Source of the DNA: Euprymna scolopes
Taxonomy: Eukaryota
NCBI GenBank assembly: GCA_053919585.1
Contig: CM132807.1
Length of the DNA: 64,000 nucleotides
Reading direction: 5' to 3' (one strand)
Shown here: positions 12,875 through 26,354 of the stretch, in pieces
Numbering within the stretch: the stretch's first letter is position 1
Layout: every line of letters starts with the position of its first letter
The notes under the pieces: generated by a model
The model's database searches: none
The model's input: the letters and a program-made list of their open reading frames with translations, nothing else
What the model was told of the DNA's origin: nothing
Translations under genes and position numbers: made by a program

Positions 12875-13874
12875 CTAAAAGAAAAATGGTAAAAAGCATC
12901 CAGATGTATATGGACCAAGAGTATCGGAATAAAGGGGAAATAGAGAAAAAACGTAAGAGGTGTCGAAGTCTGCGTCTTTGCGTAGAAATACTACATGACG
13001 GCCACTTCGAGTCGTGCGTATTGCAGGTTTAGGTACACGTTCAGAATCTGGAGAATGTATGTATGGTTCATTACGTTGTGTGGAATCACCAAACGTAATG
13101 GCGACGTGTGAATCTGGTGTAATGATCGGGTAAGAGATGCGTATGATCACTGCTTCTGAATCTGAAAAAAAACTGGCAGAAAGAAAATAAGAATTATACG
13201 AGCTTTCCAAGAAGGTGGGTTTAACGCGATGCATTGCGATTGTGTCACGTTTACTATTGCGGTCGACGAGAAAATACTTCTCAGAACGTTCTGAAATGAT
13301 ATATGGTACATCGTAAAGTGACTGAAGAGCTCTCTGTATCGAGTTAATGCGGGTGGAGATATACGCGCCAGAATGGAGATCAGGTGGGTAGTATGGTTTG
13401 AAGTGAGAGAGCGCGGTGGAGTATATATAACTCGTGATATTGCGAGTTTCAATCGGCCAGCATAACCGGGGGTACTGGCGGGTATAACTCCCAAGGAAGG
13501 CGAAGAGTGGTTCAAAAAAATATCTCTACTGGTGTAGCGTTCTTCTTTAATAAAGGACCGGAGTCCTAGGAGTACGAGCGGTAAATGTTCACTCCAGCGA
13601 TACGGTTCGGGCTGAGCAGCTAATGCAGCTTTTAGTCGATGATGAAAGCTGTCTACCATCCCGTTACCAGAAGAATTATAGGTGATAGTTGCAATTCGAG
13701 AAATTCCGAAAGATTTGCAAAATTCTCGGAAGGTGTGTGATGTAAACTGGGAACCTCTGCGGATGGTACACCAAAGTTAGAGAACCAGTTCTCTACAAAT
13801 GCACGGGCTACGACTTCTGTTGAAATGTCGTGCTTGGAAATTGCTGCTGTCCAACGTATAAAGTTGTCTACCAT
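12875..13874 (-). pseudogene. Ty3/Gypsy integrase pseudogene fragment
   Basis: VDNFIRWTAAI...STEVVARAFVENWFSNFGVP (cf. VDRFTRWPEA..FV..WI.RFGVP), MVDSFHHRLKAAL...WSEHLPLVLLGLR, and a C-terminal TTRSGRHV before the PPT. Frameshifted. Confidence 0.92.
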
Positions 13875-14324
13875 GGATGTACTGATATAAAAATATTAAA
13901 TTTTAACGTAAAACAACGTCTTCCTAATCAATCCTTAATATGCTGTCTTCTTTGACATTTAATTCACCCCGTGTACTTTTATAATAGTTTTTGTTGTTAC
14001 GCCCCTCCCTTCGCCCCCATTTAAAATTTGGTGTAAATTGTTTTATTTTAATCGCTGCCGACGGAATCCATTGACAGAGATGAAAAGTACCTCGAGGTCC
14101 TTTTTTATTTTAGTCAAATGGTCTTTAGACTATTTTTGTGCCTATTTATTTTGTTCTACCGCCAGCGATCTTTCTCCAAATTCTAATAATGACCCCACTC
14201 ATCCTTTTTAAACTTTAATAAACTCCTGTACCACTAAACTCCTTTATATTATTTGTAAAACACTTAAACCATATGAATAGAGCTTTGTAATTCTTTTAAA
14301 AATCGATTAAGGCAGGTTCAGATG

Positions 14325-15000
14325 CGAGGTGCCTTAAATAGTTTTCTAGAGTTGTTTCAGATTGGCATTTTTATTGAAAGTAAGCGCATGAATCTTTAGT
14401 CCCTTTTGTAATCAACTCAGCAGGCTACAGTGCATATAACATACCGTTCTAGCAACATGTGGACAACCCGCTGAATGTTTTCCATGTTGAGCGTGTCAAT
14501 AACCTTCGTCAAATCCTCTTTCATCTCATTAATTGGCTCATTATTATAGCCTTAACCCTAAAAAATCAAAAATAACAAGAAGCAATATTTGGGATATACA
14601 GAGCGTAGATATCTGTCTTGACGCCCACTTCGTTTATGATCACATATTTTTTCTGATTATCCGCTTCCTGAGTTCCTTGCAAATAGTTGTGTGTACACTA
14701 CAGCAATGGCATCACACTATGCACTTATTGCGTCTATAGGCACACGACTATCCTTATCCATGATTTTCTTTTATTTGGAAAATAAACTCTAATGTCTTGC
14801 TTCCTTACTCCTCTCACACTTCTTATCACCAGTCACATACTACTTACCATCGTTGAATCATTTATGCCACTCACAAAACTGATGTGCGATTCATGCAATA
14901 TGATACAACAGTAGCTTGAAGCATTCTGCAAGTTTCTCTTGTATACAGAGTTAAAAAATAATGTTACTGCATATCGTTCTTCTAAAGTGTCTTCTGGTCC
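14325..15000 (-). mobile_element. Internally deleted mariner remnant
   Basis: Minus strand gives EDTLEERYA, MNRTSV.EWHK-like and degenerate YSPDLAPCDF-like segments. The terminus cgaggtgccttaaata matches the 4007 element. Confidence 0.78.
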
Positions 15001-15818
15001 AAATGATATTTTTTCATTACACCAAGTGAAAAAACAGGGTGTAGTATGATGTATTCATATTCCTGATTTAGTTATTTATTTAAGCAGGATACCCATGACA
15101 AAATGGCCAGCCATCTCATACTCTATTAACGTAAATCTACGGCAAGTGTAAATACTTATTTACTTAGTATGACTAACATAAAAATCATCTAAAATATTTT
15201 TATTTTTGTAATTTTGACTGAATTCTTCAAAGAAAACTTTGTAAGGCTTTGCAAGGAAAGAGATACTCTTACCATGAAGTTAATTTTAAGATGATTACTG
15301 CATTTTATTATGCTTTATTATTTCGTCCAATTCATTGTCATATTATATTATAGCTCGTAAGAGCCTATTTTATAATGAAAAGATCAGAAATTTCCCAGAG
15401 TTTTAGTGAGTCTTATAATTTGTTTGATTTGAAGTGTAAATGCTTTCCTTGCGCAAACTAAGGCAAAATTTTTCGACAAATTTATTAAAGCCGACAAATT
15501 ATTCTTTAAATATCGATGACGAGAAAAATAAGGTCTAATTGGATAAATAATTCAAATTATTTTAAATGAGTCACTATTTCTAAACTCAAGTATTAAAGTG
15601 ACAATTTGTTGTATAGATCGTCTTGTATATTACATAAGGACGTGTTTTTTAGGTAATCTCGTGTGAAGGTAGGAAACCTTAGAAATACACGAAAACATCT
15701 ACAGGCAAATTATGTTGTTAAGAGATTGACGACTCTTATATTGAGTTCATCATAGAGACACTTTATTTAATATATAATATGAACGCTGTTTATGCTAATC
15801 ACAGAAAACCTTATATAA

Positions 15819-15849
<31 letters not shown>

Positions 15850-16836
15850 TTAGCAATATGCCCCCAGCGAAAATTGTAAATCCAATTCCAAAAGATATGG
15901 CAAAAGATAAATATGCTGAAAAAACACACGTGATATGAAATATGCACAAAAAACGAGATTTTGTAATCCATTTCAATCCCTTTTACATCACTTACTTTTA
16001 AATATTCGGCCGGAAGTCTTCTCAAGTATTAATATCAATCAATCAATCTATCTATCAATCTATGAATGTAAGAATGTATATGTACATTTCTGAGGAGAAT
16101 TCTAAACTCATATAATTTACGCAGTCGCAGACACGCACACACGCACACACACACACATATATATATGTGTGTGTGGGTATGTGTGTGCATATATATATAT
16201 GTCTGTATATCTATTAATGTATAAGTTGACATGTGTATAAGGACACTTTTTAACCGATATCGGCAACGAATTTCGATTCTATATGTCTGTATATATAGTG
16301 TTGACATTTTTTTTTATCCATATGCATCTAAGAAAAGGCTTGCTAACGAAAAAAAATCGCACGTAGGGGTCATCGGATTTTTATCAGTCTGCTTACTGTA
16401 TCACGAATGTGCGATACGTTCAAATGACGGGTTTCTAATGTTAGGAATAATAATAAGATTTTAAAACAAATAATATGGTTTGAAAACAGTTTTAAATTTA
16501 GTGTCAAATTGGCCTAAGGTTTATCGTATTTGACTAACCGTATTTGGTTTCGCTCTAAGCCCAATTATATATATTTTTGTTTTATTTTGAGAACGAGAAT
16601 GTGAATGGTTTTGAAAAATATAATAGTCCCACTACCATATCTCAGATTTTTATTACGTTTTTGTACTTAATTTTTTAAATACTACGTCTCTGTAGTGAAA
16701 GATGAAGGATTATGTCTGTTTATTTTACTCAATGTTCAGCTTTTGTCGAGGAATTTATAAAATAAATACATGAATGTCTCATTTTATGTTTTCCTTTCAT
16801 CTCATATGCCAACCTCCTGAGAACAAAACACTCATA

Positions 16837-16912
16837 ACACCACCACCACCACCAACAACAACAACTACAACAACAACAGCAACAACAACAACAACAATAA
16901 CAACACCAACAC
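16837..16912. repeat. (CCA)n/(ACA)n trinucleotide microsatellite
   Basis: Direct observation. Confidence 0.95.
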
Positions 16913-16914
16913 GA

Positions 16915-17362
16915 GCGTCATTCTCAGGACACTTGAGACTTTTTGTTTCACGGTCACAAGGCGCGCCTCTCTTCTCTACCTATCCTTAGAAGAAGGTAGA
17001 CCATTTCGCTATGGATTCATCTTTCATACGTGGGTAATTCTCCTCTCTCCACGAGAACGCTCAATCCAACGAAAGTGATTGTCAGACTTGAAACCCGAAC
17101 TAAACTCTAAACTCTAAACTTGCTAACTGGTTAAAAAGTCCTGGTTCGCACTTCTATTCATATCAGGTTGTGTGTGGGGTGGGGTTGTGATTCCCATTTA
17201 CCGGATCACACCTAAAATATACTCACTGACTTATCTCATAATACAGGTACACGTTTTGTCAACAAAACTTCTAAGTTTTAGCTATGCACTGATGGCACAA
17301 AAAAAGTTGCGTTGATTCACTATCGCTTTATTCACGCCATTCATTTTATGGACTTCATAACA
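16915..17362. mobile_element. Truncated solo-LTR-like repeat, same family as 20451-20981
   Basis: Colinear similarity to 20515-20981 (gactttttgtttc, ctctacct.tccttaga, aacgctcaatcc, aagttgcgt) and the same ...CATAACA terminus. Confidence 0.7.
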
Positions 17363-18539
17363 ACCCTTCCACTATAATTTTATAAAAATATATCGCGCAT
17401 TTTTCGTTACTACCCAGCCTATGATATCTATGGGGAAGATCCCTAGGTTTTAGACTCTGCTGAGCAAAGAAAAGTTAAGAAATTAACACATATCATATAT
17501 ATTTCTTCATTTTACTCGTCCACTGACCACTCCTGTATAATAGCTACATTGCATTTTTCATTATATTTCTCTTCGTGGAGAAGGTTACTGCTATTATGAA
17601 CGACATCAATTGCTTGAATTTCCAATAACATATCACATAATTAACACACTTCCTTGCCTCTTAATGTTACAAGAGTTCTTTCGTCCGCCGAATTGTTTTT
17701 ACTCTTATTCTCTGTCAACGTCTCGACCACTTCTTTCTTCATTTATGTCTTACTCTCATTCTTCCCTGGGTGTTTTAGACTAACAGTATTTCATTTATCA
17801 TCTTCAAATAATATCCTAAACTGAACATCTACATATGGGGAACAAAACAAAAACACCTACTCCGATTGTCAGCTTTGCACTTAAACAAGTTATGTCTACC
17901 GTACTAATATGATCGAATTTCCAAAGCTTCGGACTACAGCGCTCCACTTAGGTTTGGAAAAATATCACACCACTAACTGACGTTACTCCCCATTGCGCCA
18001 CTGGAACGCGCTTCTTAATTTACTAACTATTGTTTCGAAACACCATGTGGGTTTTTTTCTTACATCTATTCGATAGCGTAAAGTACAAAACTAAGGTCAA
18101 CCCAGTAATAGACTTATAGATACTAAATAACTTATCTTGTTTTACTTTCACTTATATTTGGGATCCGATCTTCTGATTAACATGGTGTTTATGCAGACCC
18201 TACTTATATTAGACACTGCTTCACTACTCGTCATTCGAGTTATGTGCAACCTCATAGCGATTCATATGTCTTTATAATCACCCGCTCTATGTCAAAGGAA
18301 TACTCTTTATTCTCAAAGTTAAGGCATTTCTAAACCACCGAAGCCAGGAAAACGGCTATATCTGCAACTTTATCTTTGTGATTAGCATCGTTTTTGCAGC
18401 CCCCACTTACCGGTAAAGACAGGCATTTTTGCTCATAGATCTACGGATAAAACTAACGTAAAATCCCTGAAAGTTCCTAAAATATATGACCCACTAAATT
18501 TTAATATTGGTCTTAAACCACATCTGTCTCATTTGCTAT

Positions 18540-18661
18540 GTGAGGCACTTATCGCTCCGTGCCGTAAATCGCAGATCGCAATTTTAGCAGATAGCTGGGC
18601 GGAATACATATTTCTTATGCGAGAAGAACTCCAAATTTTCCCGGCGAGTGTGAACAAAGCC
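18540..18661. mobile_element. Possible PIF/Harbinger terminus
   Basis: ...ccggcgagtgtgaacaaagcc|TAA. The reverse complement GGCTTTGTTCACAC with a flanking TAA/TTA is Harbinger-like. No partner end was identified. Confidence 0.4.
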
Positions 18662-20450
18662 TAAAACATCTACAAACATTAAACACAACGACAACCCCTT
18701 TTTCTTAGGGAACCACCCCCGAAATATTTAAATATACCTTGATTGCAACAGGAAATCCCACATATTAATCTTAACCAAGTCTGACCTCTGCATCTCAATT
18801 AGCCATCTCGTTATACTATGTTTTTATTATTTATATATTTCTCTCTATTTACGAAAAAATTATCAACGGATTTAGGGTGCGACGGGAGTCCTAAGGGAAA
18901 TTTTACAAGCAATATTACAATCTCATCAACATTTTTCCATACGCAACAAAATCGATTTTACATCAAGTTCAACACATCATTGTAATGCCATCAAATGCAA
19001 AATAAATCAACAACCACATGCAGAAAATCTCATAACAGTAAAAAAATGCAACAGTTCAATTCTCTATGTGTTTAGAAACACGAAACAATGTTCCACAGTA
19101 CTTTCCAACGAAAACCAACTAATGAAGAGACCACTCGCATTAAAACAATATTTTATTCCAAGATAATACCCGTTTATAAAAAAATGGAAAATCAGACCAC
19201 TAATTGTTATGACTTAATTTCCAACTGGCTGGCGTGTTGCCACATGCTCGCCTCCTATAATTCTTTTACTAATTTATTCCTGTGTTTTTGATAATTTCCT
19301 TCTAAAAACTGCGCTAGTTCGACACAACAATAAGACAATTTTAACAACTTCTACAAAACAATAAGAAGACAATTATATCCGTCCATAAACACAGACTGTA
19401 TGTAATTGTCACCTAGTATGTGTATGTTTCCGTTTTCGGTGTTTTTTTAAAAAAAATTTTTCTTTCAATTACAATAATCAAACAAAATGGAAAAACATAG
19501 TTTGTAATCAAAAGTATATATGTGTGTGTTTTCATACACTTTTCATTTTTTCCGTTTATGAATTAAACAGTCCGCATGTATTTTTCTCGCAACAACAAGG
19601 ACAAAAGTACTCTAAACAAAAATGTCCACTCTATACAACCAAAATCCAATTTCCAGATGTTCTTTCTTTTTTCAGTTACGTTTCTGTCTTTATTATTTTT
19701 GTTATTTTTGTCACATCGAACCAGATACAATAACAAAACAGATGATGCCTTTTTTGTCCGCAATTTTTGCGAAAAAAAAAGCAAAAAGTAGAATTATTCA
19801 ATCTTTAAACATAACGTTCATTAGGAACCCGTATTTTATTTATGTCTTCATCTATTTGAGGTTCTGATAGTTTTCTCTTCTTTTTTTCTTTTTTTCTTAC
19901 TTAACAAAAAATATCAACCTATTTTCTTGCGTGTTTAACTCTAAATATTGTGTCTTTCTATCTACCAACCGATAACCGAATTTTTTTCAACACACACGAC
20001 AACAAAGAGTTATTTTCCAGTTACGTAAAACGCATTTTCTGTTACTTTAAACAAACAAACACATCGAGAACCAATTGCATGAATATTTCCCTGTGCAACA
20101 TTTTATCTCGCATAAGAACGAGAAATCACATTGGTTTTTCACAAAAACAAAAGTTTATTTGTTTCATTGTGTTCAATCTTACTTCTTATTGGACCCTCTT
20201 TTTTAAGTTGTGTTCGCTCCTTCATTTTCGTTGTTTTCTTGTTTGTGAAACGTAATGTCATCAATGTTCTTCGTAACATGCGGCTACGAATCATGGCCAA
20301 GAAACTAAAACGAAGATGGGGTCGCTTCTGTGATGGAAGGTGATGTGAAGGATGGCGTTTGCTAATTTTAAGTTAATGTTCATATTTACGGCCGATCAGC
20401 ATTTTAGGGGACTCATAAAATAAAAACAGAAACATAACTTTTTATATCTC

Positions 20451-20981
20451 TGTAACATCTATTAACCGTTTTGGCTCGGCTTGAACAAGAAACTCCTAAC
20501 TACAGCCCGAGGGTCAGTCTCATTACATTTTGGACTTTTTTGTTTCTATAGCCACAACAAGCACCCTTGTGCTCTACCTTTCCTTAGAGAGAGGATGGAG
20601 ATGTCTCTATCGATTCATATACCATACATAGTTGATTCTCGTCGATCTACTAAAACGCTCAATCCGTGACTGTATCTGTCTGACTGAAAACTCGAATTCA
20701 ACTCTCAACTTTAAACTGACTTACTGACAAAAAATCATCATATGCGTTTCCATTCATATCTAGGTGTTTGGTGGGGGTTTAATCTCCGTCAACCGGGTCG
20801 CGCCTAACATACAGTCACCCACCTGTCTCCCAACGCAGGTTCACTCTCTATCAACAGAAATCCTGGGTGCGGTCTATGTAATAAATAACTTCTAGTAACC
20901 CCTTTGCAATTCTTGGCAAAATAAGTTGCGTCAACTTTATACCACGTTAATCGCGCTATTCAGGTCATGGATTCCATAACA
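20451..20981. mobile_element. Solo LTR-like element (~530 bp)
   Basis: TGTAACA...CATAACA termini (TG...CA) and a second copy at 16915-17362. No clean TSD. Confidence 0.68.
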
Positions 20982-21019
20982 TCAGAAATTTACGGGCAAC
21001 GCCGGGTACATCTGCTAGT
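20982..21019 (+). mobile_element. Helitron-type 3' terminus (5' extent undefined)
   Basis: acgggcaacgccgggtacatctgCTAG|T: GC hairpin then CTAG before T. Confidence 0.72.
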
Positions 21020-23466
21020 ATCTTATAAAATCACAAAAATGGAAGCAACATAAACAATAAACACATACACACTCGCGCATTGATGACTAATATATCTTGA
21101 AGGAAAAAAAATGCTCGTTTTATTTGTTTACTTATTAAGTTTTTTTGTTTTTTTTAAACAGCGATAAAGGAGGAGAATAACACAAATTTATTATTGAAGA
21201 TATTAATGTGAGCAAATTTATTATTTTTCATATAGAAAAAAAAACATTCAAGTGTGTATGTCTACGTGTTAGTTCGTTTTCTATGGACAGCGAAACAGCG
21301 GGCTTACGTTTTTTATGAAATGCTTCTGATATGTAAGTAAAGTCGATTATTGTAAAATATTTATTATAAATAGGAGAAATCTGATTTTGCCAATGCTAAT
21401 GACCTTTACACAGCCTAACAAAACTTGTGCATACTATAATTTTTACCGCAGAAGCAGAAGAACCCTGCTGTACAAAATCAACATATGCCTCTTTTATATC
21501 TGTTTTGAGTACAGTATAACATTGGTAATTACTTTCTTACTTAAATTCTATATTTAAGTCTTTAAATATAAAGATAAATTTTATAAAATAAACAGTATAT
21601 AATCTGCAGTTTAGTGGAGACTAGAATGCATTGCAGACAAATGCACTACATGTAGACTTGTGAAGCTCTCTCTCGGTGCAGTACAAGGGGTTTTTACTAG
21701 TGGTAGCAATCAATTAATTTGGTTGAAAAGTAGTTAAATGTACAGATTACAATGAAAACAATTGCGGGTGGTAGAACGTTAGTTTATACTCATTCAATCA
21801 TGGGTAACATCCGTATTCCTTGCTAGTTTTCCTTAAGACAAGAATAGTTACACATGCCTCAAAACCTGTACTTCAAAGAAAAGTCAGTTACTGTGTGCAC
21901 ACGTATATATTTAAGGCTCTTTTCTATGAGGGGGGTCGCTTTTTTCGCCGATATTTTAAAAAGGCATTCCCTCTTTCCTATTTACTAGGCTTCATTTTAA
22001 CCTTCGCTAGTGGTAGTTTGGAGATGGACGCAACGGCAAAGACACCAGGTTTCTTTCTCCTTCGTTTTCTCCTTCGCGGTACGGATTCCACCCTGATTGC
22101 ATACTACCAATTTTTGTTTTTGTTCAACTCACACCTCGAAATATGGAAAACGAGTTATGAATCATAACAATTAAATATATACTAAAGGAGAAATATCTAA
22201 TACAATAGAAATAATAAAAAACTGTAAATAATCCTAAAAATAGCACAATTGTATCGGAGTGTAAACTATTTACGTATGATAAAATAAAATATGTGAATGA
22301 ATAATTTAAAAGTAATATGATGTGCATTAGTATATACGAAACAAGGTATTTAGAAATCAAAAGGACATCAAAATGATACTATAATATTATATGTAATAGT
22401 TTTGGAGCCGGATTATTACTGCAGTACTAGCAGCCTTACCAAACGTTGAAAGAGCAAATGTGTAAGATATTTCAATTTATAAACCTTTCCTTACACTTTT
22501 CCTATCTGTATCTGCACCAGCTTCACCCACCGTCTGCTTAATTCTCTATTTCTTTGACCAACTAATTCATTTAATGTTTAGCATGTATACATATACACAC
22601 ATAGATATGCCCTTCAAAGAATAAATCCCTTTCTGCATTACACTGGCTTTTTATTTCGCAGTAGTAAATAATAATACAAAAATCAATCTTCTTGAACAAA
22701 CAATTTTTAAGTTGCCCTCTGTGGTATTATTATGACTATAAAAAAAACGTATATATTATTTAATTAGGGCAGAGGTGATGGTAAAAAATACATCATTAAC
22801 TGTTTTTCTTTAAACATTACTATTACTTAGAGTTACATGAATATAAACACACTAATATAATATATTGAAATGTTTGCATGTGGAAAGGTGTAATTATTAA
22901 AATAACACTAAATTTAGATTTGATGGACAAGTCAAGAAATAAACACTCAACTTACACATTTGATACAGAAAGTTATTGACGATTTATCTTGCAAAAACTT
23001 CCAATATTTATTGAAATATTAGTTGAGCAATTGTGTACTATATCATGTATATTTCATAGACAAAAATACATTCATCTTTTGCAAACGCTTATGAATTAAA
23101 TAATGAGCAATCTATATACATTTACAGCATTTTGATTCTCTTATTGAAGAAAACGTTTATTCTTATTCCCATTCATTTTGACGCATTCAACATTATTTTA
23201 AATAAATTGCCTTGTCAATGCTAATTAAAAACTACAGAATGATTACAGTGGCATTTATTTAAAATTAGTCGCGGTATTTTGTGATATTAATATATTGTAC
23301 AAGGTATGGCGGTTATGTATGCGAAGGGCGTTATTTCATCAAACATAGACAGGTTTGTAGCAATAAAAACGTTATATAAAAGCACATATACAAGGTCTGA
23401 CATTTGTTAACGTAAATATGTGTTGATTTCATTTTCCTTTCTCTATTTGATACATAACTAATCTTA

Positions 23467-23468
<2 letters not shown>

Positions 23469-23530
<62 letters not shown>
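23469..23530. repeat. (TA)n microsatellite
   Basis: Direct observation. Confidence 0.98.
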
Positions 23531-24118
23531 GCGTGTGTGTATTGTGTATGTGTGCGTTTGTGCAAATTTGCGAATTCGACTGCGAATTCGACGTGTGATA
23601 TATGAGATGATCCACAACAATCAAGTAAAACTGGTAATATTTTCCGGTGGAATGGCTGACACAGGGCAAAGCAAATTAGAGAATTATTGTTTAATTCCAG
23701 AAGTTTTTTTTCTTTTTATTGTATGCTTTAAGGAAAACTTGGGTGCATCTTTCCGAGTGAATAAAACGCGCCCCAGACAGCAACCTGGATATATCTGATA
23801 TGAAAGTTCAGGAATATATCTTGCAGCAGGTTGCCCGTACAGCGTTATGGTGAGTACCACCTGGTTGCCTACACGGCGGGCGAATTTATTCGGGAGTACA
23901 TCTCCCCCAGTGAATTAATCGCTCTCCCACATACTAACATGAACATTGCAACGATTCGGTGCGGTATATATAGTGTCCAGAGTTCTCAAAATGTCGCTCA
24001 TCTGCTGCTTGTCAGACGTATCATTGCTTTACGTCGCTGATCTAAGGAGAGCTGTTGTGTAAACGTAATATTGCCGTACACACATACACATGCATATATA
24101 TATATATGTATATATATA

Positions 24119-25698
24119 TCGTCCTGTTAAAATCATAAGACCACTTAAGAAAGTTGGTGTTTACGCATAATATCGAATGTTTAATCAAACAGAGTGTTGA
24201 AACCATTGCCGAAAGGAAAAATACGATGGAAAAAGTGAATTCTGCTTCATTCGAAACCTTAACCCTGATGTTATAATTCTTTTTGAAAAACAAGCATTTT
24301 CACCTGGTCAAAAACAAAACAAAAAAAACAAAAAAATGTCACCACTTTAATAAAATCGGCTAGTTTTGAAAAAATGAATACGAAAAGCTTTCTATGTTAC
24401 TAAAAGCAACTTTTTAGTGGATAAAACATCTTACTAAATCATAAATGGCAAAAGGGAAACCATTATCAGAGTTTGAGAGAGGAAGGATCTTTGAGCTTAA
24501 TAGGAGTAGACTCTTGCATAGAGCCATTGCAAACGAAGTGAATCGTAGCAAAACGGTCATCATAATTTTTTTACAGAAATCCAGATCAATATGGAAACAA
24601 AAGGAGTCCAGGTCGACAAAAAATAATAATAACCCCATCACTGGATCGCCGTATCAGAAAAAGTTTTAAAAAAAAAACTACAGTATGAGCTCAAGTCGAT
24701 TGAAAAGCCAAACAGCAGCAGAATGTAGTCCTAAAATTAACAAAAGGTATCTGAAAATTAAAGGTTTCAATCATTTAAAGCGACTTCAGAAACCACGTCT
24801 TCTTGAACAGCACAAAACTAACCGCCTTAAATATGCCGCCAAATACCAGACTTGAGATGAAGAGAAGTGGGGAAAATGTAATGTTCTCCGTTGAGAAAAA
24901 ATTGAATCTACATGGTCCAGGTGGATTTAAACACTATTGGCATGATAAACATTTGCTCAAATATACTTTTTCAACTCGGCATAGTGGAAGAGGGTCATTA
25001 ATGATCTGGGGTACATTCTCGTCAGCTGGGACCATAAAGTTGCAAGTAGTGAAAGGCCGGCAAACATCACATTTCAATGCTTGAAAATGCTTCTATCAGG
25101 GCTGAAGGTCAACGTCTGTGATGAAGAAATTTGATTTTCCTGCAAGACAACGCTGCGATACACACTTCTCGAAAAGCAGGAGAATACTTTTCTTCAAATA
25201 ATATAGAATTGTTATATCATCCAGGATGTTCTCCGGACCTTACTCCCATTGAAAATCTTTGGGGATGGATGGCAAAAGAAGTGTTAAAGGATGGAACCCA
25301 GTATGATTCGATAAAGGAACTTTCTGATTCAGTTTTCAGTACATGGGATTAAATCCCTTCGCAACTGACAAAAACTTAGTCTCAAGCATGCCGAAGAAAA
25401 TGTTTGAAGTAATTCGTAATAATGGAGGCTATACTAAATACTGATACCCTTTTAGTAATTTATAATTGTCTTTTGTTAGATAAATTATCAATGGTCTTAG
25501 CATTTTGATCAAATGAAAATGTTGGTTTAAAAAAATAATTATTAGATCAGGGTTAAGGTTTCGAATGAAGCCACTTTCATTTTTTTCGATCATATTTTCC
25601 CTTTTGCCAATGGTTTAAACAATTTGTTTGATTAAAAATTCGATAATATGCGTAAACGCTTACTTTCCTAAGTGGTATTATGATGTTGACCAGGACTG
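24119..25698 (+). mobile_element. Full-length but inactivated Tc1/Tc3-like transposon with ~200-bp TIRs
   Basis: 24119-24315 and 25505-25698 are inverted repeats (e.g. gcttcattcgaaaccttaaccctgat and atcagggttaaggtttcgaatgaagc). TA flanks both sides. Confidence 0.95.
24445..25444 (+). pseudogene. DD34E transposase pseudogene
   Basis: MAKGKPLSEFERGRIFEL (HTH), MFSVEKKLNLHGPGG..YWHD, GSLMIWGTFS, and FLQDNAAIHT...SPDLTPIENLWG with 34 residues between D and E. Split over several frames. Confidence 0.95.
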
Positions 25699-26178
25699 TA
25701 TATACGTGTGTGTATATATTTGCATACATATGCAAGCATATATACATGAAATGTGGGTAATTATTATCATGATGGAGTATTTATTCAAATAATTTAATGT
25801 GCAACTATATATTTCGGGTAAGTGTTTTTTTTTTGGATAAACATCAACAATAATAGAGCGGTTTACATAAGTAATGACTCTATTAACCAATGTCATAGAT
25901 ATCGTTACGGCTGAATCAATGGATAATATTATACAATTATTTGAGTGTAGAAATCACTATCAAGACAATAAATAATGTTTGCATTACATTAAATTCAGAG
26001 TTTATTGGGCAATAAATCTATTTCTAAATAACTGGATCTTATAGTACCAGAGCGCAGACGCGGGTATGGGGGATGTATGCACATGTCGAACCGTTTGCCA
26101 AATGACATCTATAAAAAAGAATATAAAAATAGCATGTGCAAGAACTGACGATTAGGTTCGAATAAAATAAAGCTTCAA

Positions 26179-26179
<1 letters not shown>

Positions 26180-26232
<53 letters not shown>

Positions 26233-26252
26233 AAGAGCGAGAGCGAGAGAGA
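26180..26252. repeat. Compound (GT)n(GA)n microsatellite
   Basis: Direct observation. Confidence 0.97.
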
Positions 26253-26354
26253 TCGATCACGTTCTATTCGGGAAAGCACACAGTAATAAATGTCGTAGTT
26301 ATAATGTAAAAAAATTGAGTCAAGTGATTTTTTAAATTATATTTTATCCCTTAG

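Noticed and set aside
21291-21524. Possible small host exons (GTAAGT donor at ~21333; AG...GT-bounded open stretch 21374-21524)
   Set aside because: Phases are incompatible (joining creates a stop), the intron would be only ~41 nt, and the peptide is unrecognisable. RNA-seq would be needed.
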